Shown here in pieces: positions 23,781 to 34,914 of a stretch of DNA of 64,000 nucleotides. The stretch is from contig CAYXBB010000002.1 of assembly GCA_964463285.1 (NCBI GenBank), positions 3,628 to 67,627 of the forward strand, written 5' to 3'. A program made the position numbers and the translations under genes. The stretch's first letter is position 1; the number at the start of each line of letters is the position of its first letter. Source of the stretch: an uncultured Syntrophomonadaceae bacterium (GTDB lineage: Bacteria; Bacillota; Dethiobacteria; DTU022). The notes under the pieces were generated by a model that made no database searches, was not told where the DNA came from, and saw only the letters and a list, made by a program, of their open reading frames with translations.

Positions 23781-23823
23781 AAAAAACCATGCCCGGAAAA
23801 GAGATCCCAGGGCATGGTTTTAA
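23781..23823. terminator. Bidirectional intrinsic terminator between ilvC and ftsE
   Basis: AAAAAACCATGCCCggaaaagagatcccaGGGCATGGTTTT: 8-bp stem flanked by A-run and T-run. Confidence 0.6.
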
Positions 23824-23869
23824 GGTCCAAGCGGGCTTGCTTTGGAATATAAATGTTATGTAAATTCGG

Positions 23870-24862
23870 CTATTCCTTTTTGATCCAGGGGATCATTGAG
23901 CGCAGTTCTTGACCAACCTGTTCGAGAGAATGCTCCTTTTCCAGTTCCCGGAGGCGGTTAAACACCGGTCGGCCCACCTGGTTCTCCACAATCCATTCTC
24001 GGGCAAATTCCCCGCTCTGGATTTCGGCCAAAATATCGGCCATATTTTCTCTGACCTGCTCGTCGATCACTCGCGGACCCCGGGTAAGATCACCATATTC
24101 AGCGGTATCACTAACCGAGTAACGCATCCGGGCCAGGCCTCCCTCATAAATGAGATCCACGATCAATTTCAGCTCATGCAGACATTCAAAATAGGCAACG
24201 TGGGGCTGGTAACCGGCCTCTACCAGGGTTTCATAAGCAGCCTTGATCAAGGAAGTAACTCCTCCGCACAAGATGACCTGTTCCCCAAACAGGTCGCTCT
24301 CAGTTTCCTCCTGGAAACTGGTTTCAATTACTCCTGCCCGGGTAGATCCTATGGCCCGGGCATAAGCCAAGGCTAAGGAATGCGCCCGGCCGGTATAATC
24401 CTGATGCACCGCCAGCAGCGCGGGCACACCCTGGCCGCTTACATAAGCCCGCCTTAACAGATGGCCGGGGCTTTTGGGGGCCACCATAAATACATCCACA
24501 TCTGCCGGGGGGATAATTTGACGGTAAAGGATGTTAAAACCGTGCGAGAAAGCTAATGCTTTCCCTTCTTTTAGCTGGGGCAGCACTTGGCGGTAAACCT
24601 CCGGCTGCACCCCGTCATCCACCAGGAACATGATGATATCCGCCTCTGAGGCCGCTTCCACCAGCCCGGCCACCTTTAGCCCATCAGCCCGTGCTTTTTC
24701 CTTGCTTTTGCTGCCCTCGTACAACCCTACCACCACCGAAACCCCGCTGTCCTGCAGGTTTTGAGCCTGGGAATGACCCTGGCTGCCATATCCCAGGACG
24801 GCTACTGTCTTGCCCTCCAACAGTTTTAAATCTGCATCCTGATCGTAATAAACCTTGACCAT
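23870..24862 (-). CDS. ilvC: Ketol-acid reductoisomerase
   Basis: 330 aa, [20 protein letters not shown] Rossmann/KARI signature. Confidence 0.92.
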   Translation of the reverse strand: MVKVYYDQDADLKLLEGKTVAVLGYGSQGHSQAQNLQDSGVSVVVGLYEGSKSKEKARADGLKVAGLVEAASEADIIMFLVDDGVQPEVYRQVLPQLKEGKALAFSHGFNILYRQIIPPADVDVFMVAPKSPGHLLRRAYVSGQGVPALLAVHQDYTGRAHSLALAYARAIGSTRAGVIETSFQEETESDLFGEQVILCGGVTSLIKAAYETLVEAGYQPHVAYFECLHELKLIVDLIYEGGLARMRYSVSDTAEYGDLTRGPRVIDEQVRENMADILAEIQSGEFAREWIVENQVGRPVFNRLRELEKEHSLEQVGQELRSMIPWIKKE

Positions 24863-24923
24863 AATTCTTTACCTCCTAAATAAATAAATTGGTTATTGAG
24901 CTGATACCGACCCGGTTCGATTA

Positions 24924-25097
24924 CCCTTCCAGGCGGGGATGGAACCCCGCCCCTACAACACGTTTCAGGTTGATACCGCCTTCCACTTCAGGGGCCCCTT
25001 CCGAGCGGGGATGGAGCACTGGTGGCGCTGATCGACTTCGGTAAGGAGTGAGCGGCCCCTTCCGAGCGGGGATGGAGCCCCGCCCCTACAACACGTT
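24924..25097. repeat. Cluster of about 41-bp direct repeats with embedded GCGGGG-N6-CCCCGC hairpins (two full copies 24924-24964 and 25057-25097, one 5' half-copy 24996-25017)
   Basis: cccttccRRgcggggatggaRccccgcccctacaacacgtt present twice with 3 mismatches; truncated middle copy; flanking gataccg also repeated. Confidence 0.7.
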
Positions 25098-25114
25098 ATC
25101 TCCCCGGCCCCGGT

Positions 25115-26050
25115 TCAGATACCCTTATTTCTCACCATCCCCTCGGCGACATCCGCCACCCGGGAGGGGGTTAAACCGTAATGCGCCAGCAGGGCCTCTG
25201 GAGAGCCCGACTGGCCAAAACAATCTTCCATTCCCAATCGTTTGAGGGGAGTGGGCTGATATTCCCCCAGCACCTCGGCCACTGCACTGCCCAGGCCCCC
25301 GATAATGCTATGTTCCTCCAGGGTTATCACCGCCCCGGTTTGGCCTGCTTCTTCAATTATAATCTCCTTGTCCAGGGGCTTTATAGTCGATAAGTGGATT
25401 AAGGAAGGGCAAATTTTCCGGGAGAGCAATATTTCTACAGCCCGGAGGGTTACCGCAGTCATAGAACCGGTGGAAACCAGGCAGATATCGCTACCGCGCT
25501 TTAGTAAAATACCCCGACCAATCTGAAACGGCGTGCCTGCTGGTAGTACCTCGGGAATTTTGGGTCTTCCCAGGCGCAGGTAGACCGGCCCCTGCCAATC
25601 AGCAGCCGCCAGAGTGGCCCGGAAGGCCTCCGGGGCATCGGCCGGTGCAATAACAGTCATCCCCGGTAAGGAGCGCATTAAAGATATATCTTCCAATGCC
25701 TGATGGGAGGCACCATCTTCGCCCACTGTAATCCCGGAATGGCTGCCGGCAATCTTCACATTTAGCCCGGAATAAGCCACTGAATTGCGAATTTGATCGT
25801 AGCTCCGGCCGGTAGCAAATACAGCAAAGGTGCTGGCAAAGGGAATTTTGCCGGCGGCAGCCAGACCGGCAGCGGTACCGATTAGATCCGCTTCCGCCAC
25901 TCCTAAATTAAAGAAGCGATCTGGAAAGGCCTCTGCAAATTTGGCAGAATAAGTTGATTTGGAGAGATCGGCATCCAGGGCCACTACCTGGGGATTAGTC
26001 CGGCCCAGTTGCAGCAAGGCCTCACCGTAGGCTTCTCTGGTTGCCTTCAA
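25115..26050 (-). CDS. Transketolase, C-terminal (pyrimidine-binding/C-terminal domain) subunit
   Basis: 311 aa, transketolase Pyr and C-terminal domains; 4-nt overlap with upstream N-terminal subunit gene. Confidence 0.85.
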   Translation of the reverse strand: MKATREAYGEALLQLGRTNPQVVALDADLSKSTYSAKFAEAFPDRFFNLGVAEADLIGTAAGLAAAGKIPFASTFAVFATGRSYDQIRNSVAYSGLNVKIAGSHSGITVGEDGASHQALEDISLMRSLPGMTVIAPADAPEAFRATLAAADWQGPVYLRLGRPKIPEVLPAGTPFQIGRGILLKRGSDICLVSTGSMTAVTLRAVEILLSRKICPSLIHLSTIKPLDKEIIIEEAGQTGAVITLEEHSIIGGLGSAVAEVLGEYQPTPLKRLGMEDCFGQSGSPEALLAHYGLTPSRVADVAEGMVRNKGI

Positions 26051-26889
26051 TTGCTATCGGCCTCCTCCCCTTTCAGCCCGGCCAGGGCCTGTTCCAGCTG
26101 TCGGCGGCTGGGAGCGGCTCCGTGCCATTCTATCCGGTTCTCCATAAACGACACCCCTTTCCCTTTTACAGTTTCTGCGATAATCATGGTGGGTTGCCCC
26201 CGGCAAGCACGGGCTTCCTCCGCCGCCGCTATAATTTCCGGAAAGCTATGCCCGTTGATTGCCAGCACGTTCCACCCGAAAGCCTTCCATTTTTCCGTCA
26301 GCGGCTCCAAATTTTTTATCTGGTCGACGGGCCCGTCAATTTGTAGCCGGTTGTGATCCAAAAAGGCGGTCAAATTATCCAGCCGGTAATGAAAGGAGGT
26401 CATGGCTGCCTCCCAGATCTGCCCTTCCTGACATTCCCCGTCCCCCAGAATTACGTAGACCCTCCAGGGAGATCCGTCTAACCTGGCGGCCAAAGCCATC
26501 CCGTTGGCCACGGAGAGTCCCTGCCCCAGGGATCCGGTGGAAATCTCCACCCCAGGCAGTTGATTGCGGGCCGGGTGCCCTTGCAGGGGGGAACCCAACC
26601 GGCGCAGACTGGAAAGGGTGCTTCGGGGAAAAAATCCCCGGGAGGCCAGGGCGGCGTAAAGAACCGGGGCGGCGTGTCCCTTAGAAAGGATCAGACGATC
26701 CCTATCTGCCGCCTCCGGACGGTGCGGATCAATGTTCATGATTTTAAAATAAAGGGCGGTGATAATTTCTACCAGGGAAAGTGAACCTCCCGGGTGACCC
26801 GATCCGGCAGCAGCAATCATGGACAGGATATCCATCCGAAGGATTCGGGCCAGTTCTTGTAAACGGGTTACTTCTTTCGCAGCCAACAT
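26047..26889 (-). CDS. Transketolase, N-terminal thiamine-diphosphate-binding subunit
   Basis: 280 aa, GSGHPGGSLS and GDG..EG TPP-binding motifs. Confidence 0.85.
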   Translation of the reverse strand: MLAAKEVTRLQELARILRMDILSMIAAAGSGHPGGSLSLVEIITALYFKIMNIDPHRPEAADRDRLILSKGHAAPVLYAALASRGFFPRSTLSSLRRLGSPLQGHPARNQLPGVEISTGSLGQGLSVANGMALAARLDGSPWRVYVILGDGECQEGQIWEAAMTSFHYRLDNLTAFLDHNRLQIDGPVDQIKNLEPLTEKWKAFGWNVLAINGHSFPEIIAAAEEARACRGQPTMIIAETVKGKGVSFMENRIEWHGAAPSRRQLEQALAGLKGEEADSN

Positions 26890-26916
26890 TGGGGCAACTC
26901 CTTTGCCATATATATT

Positions 26917-27786
26917 TTAAGGGGATAGCCGGCGAAAACCTTCCCCATGAACCTCATTGGCACTGCCGACAATAAAGAATGCTTCCGGGTCACTTTCCTG
27001 GACAATCCCTTTTAGCTGGGCCACCTGAAGACGGTTAACCACACAAAGCAAAAGTTCACGGGGTTCACCGGTATAGCCCCCCTGGGCCGAAAGCCTGGTA
27101 ACCCCCCGGTTTAGCTCTGTAAGCAGGCGATCTGATAAAAGCCGGCCCCGGGAGGTGATGATAAGCACCGACTTGGCCAGGCCCAGTCCTTCCTGGACTA
27201 TGTCTATTACATAGCTGCTTATAAACAAGGAGAGAGCGGCATACATGGCCACCTCCCCTCCGAATACAAATAACCCCAGGACAATGATTATCAGATCACT
27301 ATAAAGTAACCCCTGCCCGGTGCTAAAACCGATCAACCGGTGCAAAATTAAGGAGATTAAGGAGGTCCCCCCGGTAGAACCCCGGAACCTAAAGACCATC
27401 CCCACCCCGATCCCCATCAGGACTCCCCCGTATACCGAGGCCAGCAAGATATCCCGGGTGGCCACCAGGGGAAAATAAACCAATATCAGTTCCGAAGCCA
27501 CTGAAAAAATTATTGTCCCCACCAGGCTGCGGATAATTACCCGAAATCCCAGAATAAAGTAGGAAGCTATAAACAGTGGCAGATTAAGTAACAATATACT
27601 TAAACCTACCGGCACATTAAATAGATAAAACAATATTACCGCCAGTCCGCTTATTCCTCCCGCCGCCAGGCGGTGAGGAATTAAAAACAGCACCAGGGCC
27701 AGAGCCATTAATACCGTTCCGGCAGTTATTCCCAGGATTTCTACCGCGGTTTTTTTAAGCCGATCTTTGTTTAAAATACTTCGCAT
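26917..27786 (-). CDS. YitT-family (DUF161/DUF2179) membrane protein
   Basis: 289 aa, 5-6 TM N-domain plus C-terminal DUF2179-like soluble domain; positional equivalent of B. subtilis yvjA next to prfB. Confidence 0.65.
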   Translation of the reverse strand: MRSILNKDRLKKTAVEILGITAGTVLMALALVLFLIPHRLAAGGISGLAVILFYLFNVPVGLSILLLNLPLFIASYFILGFRVIIRSLVGTIIFSVASELILVYFPLVATRDILLASVYGGVLMGIGVGMVFRFRGSTGGTSLISLILHRLIGFSTGQGLLYSDLIIIVLGLFVFGGEVAMYAALSLFISSYVIDIVQEGLGLAKSVLIITSRGRLLSDRLLTELNRGVTRLSAQGGYTGEPRELLLCVVNRLQVAQLKGIVQESDPEAFFIVGSANEVHGEGFRRLSP

Positions 27787-27809
27787 ATTAACTCCTTACC
27801 ATGGTCCGG

Positions 27810-28917
27810 TTACCGGCGACCCATTTTCCGGCGCAGGTAGGAATCTATAAACAGGTCCAAATCGCCATCCATTACCGCCTCTACCTGTCCCATCTCTACA
27901 CCGGTGCGATGATCCTTCACCAGGGTAAAGGGATGAAAAACATAAGAGCGAATCTGGCTTCCCCAGGCGATATCTTTTTGCGGGCCCCGCAAGTTCTTTA
28001 TCTCCTGATCCAGCTCCAGCCGGTGAAGTTCCGCCAGCCGGGCCTGCAAGATCCGCAGTGCCTGTCGGCGGTTGCTATGCTGGGAACGATCCTTCTGGCA
28101 AGTGGCAGATATACCGGTGGGCAGATGGATAACCCGCACCGCCGAATCAGTCTTGTTTACATGCTGTCCCCCCGCTCCGCTGGAGCGGAACGTCTCCACC
28201 TTCAAATCGTCGGGATCCAACTCATACTCTTCCTCTTCCACCTCAGGAATTACATCTACCGATGAAAAAGAAGTATGACGCCGGTGGGCGGTATCGAAAG
28301 GAGAGATCCGCACCATGCGGTGCACCCCTTTTTCTGATTTAAGAAGCCCGTAAGCGCGGTAGCCTCGGATAATAACGGTAGCGCTTTTGATCCCCGCTTC
28401 ATCATCTGTTAGCAACTCTGCCAGTTCCACCCCAAATCCCTTGTTTTCAGCCCACCGGCAATACATTCTAAGCAGCATCTCCGCCCAGTCCTGCGATTCC
28501 AATCCCCCCGCCCCCGGATGAATTGAGAGAATGGCATCACTGGAATCGTGTTCGCCTCCAAACAGGGTTTCCATCTCCAGCCTGTCCAGCTGCTTTATAA
28601 TTAAATTTAGCTTGTCGCCGGCCTCTAGGCGAGCTTCCTCGCGCCCGAACTGTTCCTCTTCAGCCAGTTCCAGCAAGATCTCCACCTCTTCCAGAAGCCG
28701 GTTAAGTTCGGACAACGGGCGGACCTGTTCGGTAAGGCTGCCAATCTCTATTAACAGTTGTTTGGCCCGGGGGGCATCCTCCCAAAACCCTGGGAGCGAC
28801 GCTTCTTTCTCCAGCCGGCATAGGCCGGCTAACTTCTGTTCATATTCAAAGGGAAGCCCTCATCTCTTGAAAACGACGGGTTTGCAGTTCCCACTCTTTC
28901 CGATATTCCCTGGTCAC
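27810..28917 (-). CDS. prfB: Peptide chain release factor 2, requires programmed +1 ribosomal frameshift at CTT TGA A (28851-28845)
   Basis: Frame 0 GTG at 28917 encodes MTREYRKEWELQTRRFQEMRASL then in-frame TGA; +1 frame continues EYEQKLAGLCRLEKEAS...SPF..GGQHVN..; SD-like AGGG precedes the slippery CTT TGA. Confidence 0.85.
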
Positions 28918-28933
28918 AATCTCCACCCTTTCC

Positions 28934-31900
28934 TTATTTCCCACAACAACGCTTGTATTTTTTTCCGCTGCCGCAAGGGCAGGGTTCGTTGCGCCCTACC
29001 TTGGTCACCGTCACCGGTTTTTTTTCTGTCGGTTCTGTCGGCGCACGGGCAGGCGCCTTTATGTTTCCAGCGCCTCCACCTACCGGAGCCACCCGCTGGT
29101 GAGAGGCGGTAGCCGTGGCAATTACATCCCGACGTTGGGTGCGGGTGGCTACCCGCAACAAATAGATTAACCGGGACACTTCTTCCTGAATGGAGCTGAT
29201 CATGGCCTCAAACATATCGAACCCTTCGTGGCGGTACTCCACCAGCGGATCCTGCTGCCCGTAAGCCCTAAGCCCGATACTTTGGCGCAGCTCATGCATG
29301 GCATCAATATGATCCATCCAGTGACTGTCCACTGTGCGCAGTAACACCACCCGCTCCAGATCCCGCATATTTTCAGGGCCGATCTCCTTTTCCCGTCGCT
29401 CGTAATAGGCCAGTGCTTCCTCCAGAAGCAGTTGTTTTGCCGGCTCCAGATCCAGATCTATCAACAAAGAAGGATCCATCTTCCCCGGGGGCAAATAGAA
29501 ACGTTCCCCCTCCCGGACCAGCGCTTCCGCCTGGTCTTGTTCTAGAAACGGTTGTTCCATAAAATAAGTTTGTACCCGGCGGGAAATCACCTCTTCCACC
29601 ATATCCAGGATCGGTTGGCGCATATCTTTCTCTTCCAGTACCTGTTGCCGCTGTTCATAAATCACCCGCCGCTGTTCATTCAAAACATCATCATAATCCA
29701 ACAGGTGGCGCCGGATTTCAAAATTCCGGGATTCCACCTTCTTTTGAGCCCGCTCAATTGCTCCACCGATCAAGGGGTGTTCGATCGGCATATCCTCCTC
29801 CATGCCCAGCCGATCCATAATGGAGGCAATATTACCTCCCCCAAACAGGCGCATCAGATCATCCTCCAGGGAAATAAAAAACTGGGATGAACCGGGATCT
29901 CCCTGCCGCCCGGAACGGCCCCGGAGTTGATTGTCAATTCGCCGGCTTTCATGGCGCTCGGTGCCCAGGACATGCAGTCCCCCTAAACTCAGCACCTCTT
30001 CCCGCTCGCGAGAAGCCAGCGCCTGTGATTTTCCTATCAGCTCATCGTACCGCTGTTTGCGCTGTAGAATTTCTTCCGGTGATAATTCATCCCGCCCGGC
30101 ATATTCCTTGTGGAGTCGCTCACGAGCCAGGAACTCGGGATTGCCCCCCAGGATGATGTCGGTTCCCCGTCCGGCCATGTTGGTAGAGATGGTTACCGCT
30201 CCTTTGCGGCCGGCCTGGGCAATAACCTGGGCCTCCATATCATGGTTTACCGCATTTAACACCTGGTGGGGTATCCCCTGGCGTTTCAGCATCTTGCTGA
30301 GCATTTCGGATTTTTCCACAGAAATAGTCCCCACCAGCACCGGCTGACCGGAAAGGTGACGCTGTTCGATTTCCTCCATCGCCGCTTTAAACTTGGCCCG
30401 TTCGGTTTTAAAAATCATATCTGCCAGATCCTGGCGGATCATAGGTTCATTGGTGGGAATAACCACCACATCCATCCCGTAGATCTTCCGAAATTCTTCC
30501 TCCTCGGTAGCCGCGGTGCCGGTCATTCCGGATAGTTTCTCATACATCCGGAAATAATTCTGAAAGGTGATAGAGGCCACCGTGCGGCTGTCAGCCTGCA
30601 TTTCCACTCCTTCTTTAACCTCGATCGCCTGGTGGATCCCCTCCGAATAACGGCGGCCCCACATCAGCCGGCCGGTAAATTCATCCACTATAATTACTTT
30701 TCCTTCCTGCACCACGTAATCTACATCGCGCTCATAAAGGGAATAGGCCTTTAACAGCTGATGCAGGTAATGGAGATGTTCACCTGCTTCCTGATCCTCA
30801 CTCTCCGGTCCTTCGCCGGTACTGCCGGTGTTTTTAAAACCCAGAACCTGTTCCAGTTCGGCGTTCCCCCGCACCAGCTCCCGGTACCCCTGCTGAGAAA
30901 TGGAAACAGCCCGGGTAATTTCATCGATGGAAAAGTAAAGCTCTTCCTCCAAAACTTTGTCATCTTTATCGGCTTTCAACCGCTGCCTGACCCGTTCTAC
31001 CAACTTCTCCGCTCCCGGCTCTTTCAGCATATTCAGCAGCCGCCTGTTTTTGGGTGCACCCCGGCGGGCCAGGAACAACTGCTCTCCGGCCTCCTCTTTT
31101 AGTCCCTGTTCCAGATATTGCTGTGAGCGGTTCAGCAGCTCACTGATCTGGCGTTGCTGTTTTTTGATGAGGCGCTCCACCTCTCCCTTCCAGCGCCCGT
31201 ATTCGGACTTCGACTCCACCGGGCTGCTGATAATCAGCGGGGTGCGAGCCTCATCTACCAGAATGCTGTCTACCTCATCCACAATGGCATAGTGCAACTC
31301 CCGTTGCACCTGCTGATTTTTTGACAGCACCATATTATCGCGTAAATAATCAAACCCAAATTCGTTGTTGGTCCCATACACTATATCTGCAGAATAGGCA
31401 ATTTGGCGCTGCTCCCGGTTAAGGCCATGAACAATCAGGCCCACTTCCAGGCCCAGAAGGCGAAATATCGGGCCCATCCATTCACTGTCTCTTCGAGCCA
31501 GGTAATCATTGACAGTGATGATGTGAACTCCTTTGCCGGTCAAAGCATTGAGATAAGCCGGCATGACTGCTACCAGGGTCTTCCCTTCTCCGGTTTTCAT
31601 CTCGGCAATACGTCCCTGGTGAAGAACGATTCCTCCCAGTGCCTGCACATCAAAGGGGCGCATCCCCGTAGCCCGGCGAGAAGCCTCTCGGACTACGGCA
31701 AAAGCCTCCGGAAGAATTTGATCCAGGGTGCTCCCATTCCGCAACCGCTCCTTAAAGTGGGCAGTCCTTTGTGGAAACTCTTCGGTGCTTAAAGAGACAA
31801 CCGTCTGTTCCAACTCATTTATCTGTTCCACTATCTTTTGCAGACGTCGAACTTCTTTTTCGTTGGAGTCTCCGAAAAATTTTTGCAGGATGCCAGCCAT

Positions 31901-31942
31901 AAACCAGGGCCTCCTTTTGCTACCTAATACGATTATTTCCAA
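28934..31942 (-). CDS. secA: Preprotein translocase ATPase SecA
   Basis: 1002 aa, DEAD-like motor, C-terminal zinc-binding [14 protein letters not shown]. Confidence 0.97.
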   Translation of the reverse strand: MEIIVLGSKRRPWFMAGILQKFFGDSNEKEVRRLQKIVEQINELEQTVVSLSTEEFPQRTAHFKERLRNGSTLDQILPEAFAVVREASRRATGMRPFDVQALGGIVLHQGRIAEMKTGEGKTLVAVMPAYLNALTGKGVHIITVNDYLARRDSEWMGPIFRLLGLEVGLIVHGLNREQRQIAYSADIVYGTNNEFGFDYLRDNMVLSKNQQVQRELHYAIVDEVDSILVDEARTPLIISSPVESKSEYGRWKGEVERLIKKQQRQISELLNRSQQYLEQGLKEEAGEQLFLARRGAPKNRRLLNMLKEPGAEKLVERVRQRLKADKDDKVLEEELYFSIDEITRAVSISQQGYRELVRGNAELEQVLGFKNTGSTGEGPESEDQEAGEHLHYLHQLLKAYSLYERDVDYVVQEGKVIIVDEFTGRLMWGRRYSEGIHQAIEVKEGVEMQADSRTVASITFQNYFRMYEKLSGMTGTAATEEEEFRKIYGMDVVVIPTNEPMIRQDLADMIFKTERAKFKAAMEEIEQRHLSGQPVLVGTISVEKSEMLSKMLKRQGIPHQVLNAVNHDMEAQVIAQAGRKGAVTISTNMAGRGTDIILGGNPEFLARERLHKEYAGRDELSPEEILQRKQRYDELIGKSQALASREREEVLSLGGLHVLGTERHESRRIDNQLRGRSGRQGDPGSSQFFISLEDDLMRLFGGGNIASIMDRLGMEEDMPIEHPLIGGAIERAQKKVESRNFEIRRHLLDYDDVLNEQRRVIYEQRQQVLEEKDMRQPILDMVEEVISRRVQTYFMEQPFLEQDQAEALVREGERFYLPPGKMDPSLLIDLDLEPAKQLLLEEALAYYERREKEIGPENMRDLERVVLLRTVDSHWMDHIDAMHELRQSIGLRAYGQQDPLVEYRHEGFDMFEAMISSIQEEVSRLIYLLRVATRTQRRDVIATATASHQRVAPVGGGAGNIKAPARAPTEPTEKKPVTVTKVGRNEPCPCGSGKKYKRCCGK

Positions 31943-32099
31943 TACTACAAAAGGAACCCTGCGGTTCCTTGAATTTTTTTCCCGTAGCAGTATAATATTT
32001 TACCATAGCCAAAAGCCTGTACACAAGGGTTTAAGCGCAGGAACCATTTGCGGGGTAAGCGAAAACCACAGTAAAAAAAATATTACCCTTTCTTGCCGG

Positions 32100-32888
32100 C
32101 TAGTTGATCGGAACACAAAACTTAATAGTTGTTCCGGTTACCGGGCTATCGGCAGTTAAAATTGCACAACCTATCCCATAAGTTTCTTCCAATCTTTTTT
32201 CAGTTATAACATTTTCAACATCGCCTACCGCCAAAATTTTTCCGCCGCTCATCAGGGCTACTTTGCCCGAGAGCAAAAGAGCATGATTAGGAAGATGAGT
32301 TGTCATTAATACAGTCAATCCCTTTTGTGATAATTTGCTGATTATCTTGAGAACAAGTGCTTGGTTTTTGAAATCAAGATGGGAGCAGGGTTCGTCAAGC
32401 AAAATTACATCCGGAGTTTGGGTCAGCGTCCTGGCTATAAGAATTAATTGCCTTTCACCACCGCTTATCTTTGTATAGGGTTTGTCTTTGAGATGAAGCA
32501 TGCCGACCATTTCAAGCGATTGCTCGGCAATATTAACATCTTTGGGCGAAGGCGATTCAAAAAAACCAAGGTAGGGTGCTCTGCCCATGCTTACCACTTC
32601 CAGAACTGAAAAAGGGAAAGGAGCACTGTGTTCCTGAAAAACAAAACCCATCCTTCGTGCCACATCAACCACACTCATATTATAAAGATCAAGCTTATCC
32701 AGAAAAACATGGCCCCTTGCAAGCCGCAAACTACCGTTCAGGCAGCGCAGTAAAGTTGTTTTACCACAACCATTGGCACCCAGAATGCATAGTATTTCAC
32801 CCGGCAAAACATCCAGGGTAATATCACTAAATATTCTTTTATCCCCATAACTAAATGTACCATTTCTAAGGGAAAGAAGCGCTCCCAT
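32100..32888 (-). CDS. ABC transporter ATP-binding protein (FecE/FepC/BtuD-type)
   Basis: 262 aa, Walker A GANGCGKTT, signature SGGERQ; AT-rich gene. Confidence 0.8.
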   Translation of the reverse strand: MGALLSLRNGTFSYGDKRIFSDITLDVLPGEILCILGANGCGKTTLLRCLNGSLRLARGHVFLDKLDLYNMSVVDVARRMGFVFQEHSAPFPFSVLEVVSMGRAPYLGFFESPSPKDVNIAEQSLEMVGMLHLKDKPYTKISGGERQLILIARTLTQTPDVILLDEPCSHLDFKNQALVLKIISKLSQKGLTVLMTTHLPNHALLLSGKVALMSGGKILAVGDVENVITEKRLEETYGIGCAILTADSPVTGTTIKFCVPIN

Positions 32889-33910
32889 TATTGCCAGCCC
32901 CCCTTGGTTTTGCGTATCAAATAGGCAAAAAAAGGTGCTCCGATAAGGGCGGTTAGTATCCCAAGTGGAATTTCTATTGAAACCGAAGCACGGGCTAAAA
33001 CATCAATAATAAGAAGGTAGGTAGCCCCTATAGAAATGCATGCCGGTATCAGCACTCTGTGATCCGGGCCAACCAGCATCCGCCCAATATGAGGAATCAC
33101 TAACCCAACCCACCCAATCATCCCACTGACTGAAACCGCTGAAGCGGTCATTATAGTAGCGCATAATATGATAAATGCCTTTAAAGATTCTGTTTTTATC
33201 CCCAAAGAACGAGCTTCTTCATCTCCCATTGCCAAAATATTTATCCGCCAACGCACCAACAAAAGACCAACCATTCCACAAATAATCCCTGGTAAAGCAG
33301 TAATAACATTTTTAATTGAAGCAGAGTTAAGGCTACCCATAAGCCAGAAGGTAATTGCAGGAAGTTTTTCGTATGGATCGGCCAAATATTTCGTTAACGA
33401 TACCAGGGCAGAAAAAAAAGCCGAGGTAACAACTCCTGAAAGAACAAGCATAATTACGGGGGTGGTTTTATATATACGGCTTATAGAATAGGTTACGATC
33501 ATTCCTATGATACCAAAACCCAATGCGAAGGCCTGGATCATCCCACGGTTGCCGGACAAAAGAATTGCCAGGGCTGCCCCGAAACTGGCCGCCGAAGACA
33601 CCCCTAATATATCCGGGCTGACCAATGGATTTCGGAACATACCTTGAAATGCCGCACCGCTAACAGAAAGAGCCGCCCCAACCAGAGCAGCCAAAAGAGC
33701 GCGGGGTATCCTAATCTGAAATATAACCGTTTCTGTCATGGTTGGCCAATTAGGGGCAAATTTGATTGAGGGAAATATTTTAGTAATTATAATCTGAATC
33801 ACCGTTTGCATAGAAATAGCATATCGGCCTAAAAAAAGGGTGAAAAGAAAAACAAAAATAGGTAAAATAATCAAAGCTACGATCTTTTTTTTAGACATTA
33901 GATCCTCCAA
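32888..33910 (-). CDS. FecCD-family ABC transporter permease
   Basis: 340 aa, about 9-10 TM, FecCD/BtuC-like. Confidence 0.8.
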   Translation of the reverse strand: MEDLMSKKKIVALIILPIFVFLFTLFLGRYAISMQTVIQIIITKIFPSIKFAPNWPTMTETVIFQIRIPRALLAALVGAALSVSGAAFQGMFRNPLVSPDILGVSSAASFGAALAILLSGNRGMIQAFALGFGIIGMIVTYSISRIYKTTPVIMLVLSGVVTSAFFSALVSLTKYLADPYEKLPAITFWLMGSLNSASIKNVITALPGIICGMVGLLLVRWRINILAMGDEEARSLGIKTESLKAFIILCATIMTASAVSVSGMIGWVGLVIPHIGRMLVGPDHRVLIPACISIGATYLLIIDVLARASVSIEIPLGILTALIGAPFFAYLIRKTKGGWQ

Positions 33911-34086
33911 CAGATCATCCTCTGCTGCTTTACAGGGCTAGATTTTTATACCAATGCAGATTTCGCTAGTAGTTGCCGTATTGCGGCTATAAGCTTAATA
34001 CAACACTGGGAGCAGTAAAACTATTATTACTACCCCCAGCACCTTAACCCCGTTCACATTAGACAACCGCCTGCAATGCTATTCGC

Positions 34087-34911
34087 TTAACCCTTTTTCC
34101 ACCATAGGAAAGCCCAACGACAGTTCAATTCCATATTAAGAAAGCCATTGTTGCGAACAAAATATTTAAGCAGATGGTTTTCTAAACGATTCTTTTGCCC
34201 ATCGTTTTCCGGTCTGATCCTCCATACCCAGTCATCCATGGCAATATCTATGTTCTGATAATGTAACTTCTCAACATAATTTACATATTCGACATTCGCA
34301 AAAATTCCTTCTTGGCAAAGCATATTATAAACATAGATATAATCAGGTGCAGAAAGGTACTTTTTCCCGATATTTCCGTAGGTCAATCTAAAAAAATTCT
34401 CATATTCATCACCATTTGCCCACATAACGATATACACATATTTTGTTGCCGCGTTATTCATCAATTTAATCGCTTGTAACGGATCGCGTTCGGGAAAAGC
34501 ACGAGAACAAATAACTACATCATGTGGGTTTACATCTTTTCCAACTATTACATCTTCCCAATTTTTTTTTAGGCATGTTATATTGTTTAAACCCTCTGAT
34601 TTAGCGTTTTTTGCCACATATTGCAACATCTCCCCTGACAAATCCAGGGCAGTAACAGCCTTTACCCGCTTTGCCAAGGGAATGGCTAGAGTCCCGGGGC
34701 CGCAACCGATATCCAACACGGTGGAATCGGGTGTAATGTCGACTTTTTCAAGCACCTCATCGATATATTCTTTGTTTTTTATGTTTCGATCAAAGGCTTC
34801 AGCCCTTTTGTCCCACCATTGTTCACCATCCTTTGTCCAGGAGGATAGGAGCATTTGTTCTTCCCATATTTTCTTCCAATCTATTGAACTGAGGTTTTCT
34901 TGTATTGCCAT
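34087..34911 (-). CDS. Class I SAM-dependent methyltransferase
   Basis: 274 aa, motif I VLDIGCGPGTLA, motif post-I ALDLS. Confidence 0.7.
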   Translation of the reverse strand: MAIQENLSSIDWKKIWEEQMLLSSWTKDGEQWWDKRAEAFDRNIKNKEYIDEVLEKVDITPDSTVLDIGCGPGTLAIPLAKRVKAVTALDLSGEMLQYVAKNAKSEGLNNITCLKKNWEDVIVGKDVNPHDVVICSRAFPERDPLQAIKLMNNAATKYVYIVMWANGDEYENFFRLTYGNIGKKYLSAPDYIYVYNMLCQEGIFANVEYVNYVEKLHYQNIDIAMDDWVWRIRPENDGQKNRLENHLLKYFVRNNGFLNMELNCRWAFLWWKKG

Positions 34912-34914
34912 TTT

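Noticed and set aside
24924-25097. CRISPR array call for the three direct repeats
   Set aside because: Only two full copies and one half copy. The 'spacers' share sequence with each other and with flanks. Repeat spacing is irregular (71 and 62 bp). No cas genes are in 64 kb. More consistent with a REP/MITE-like or structured-leader repeat.
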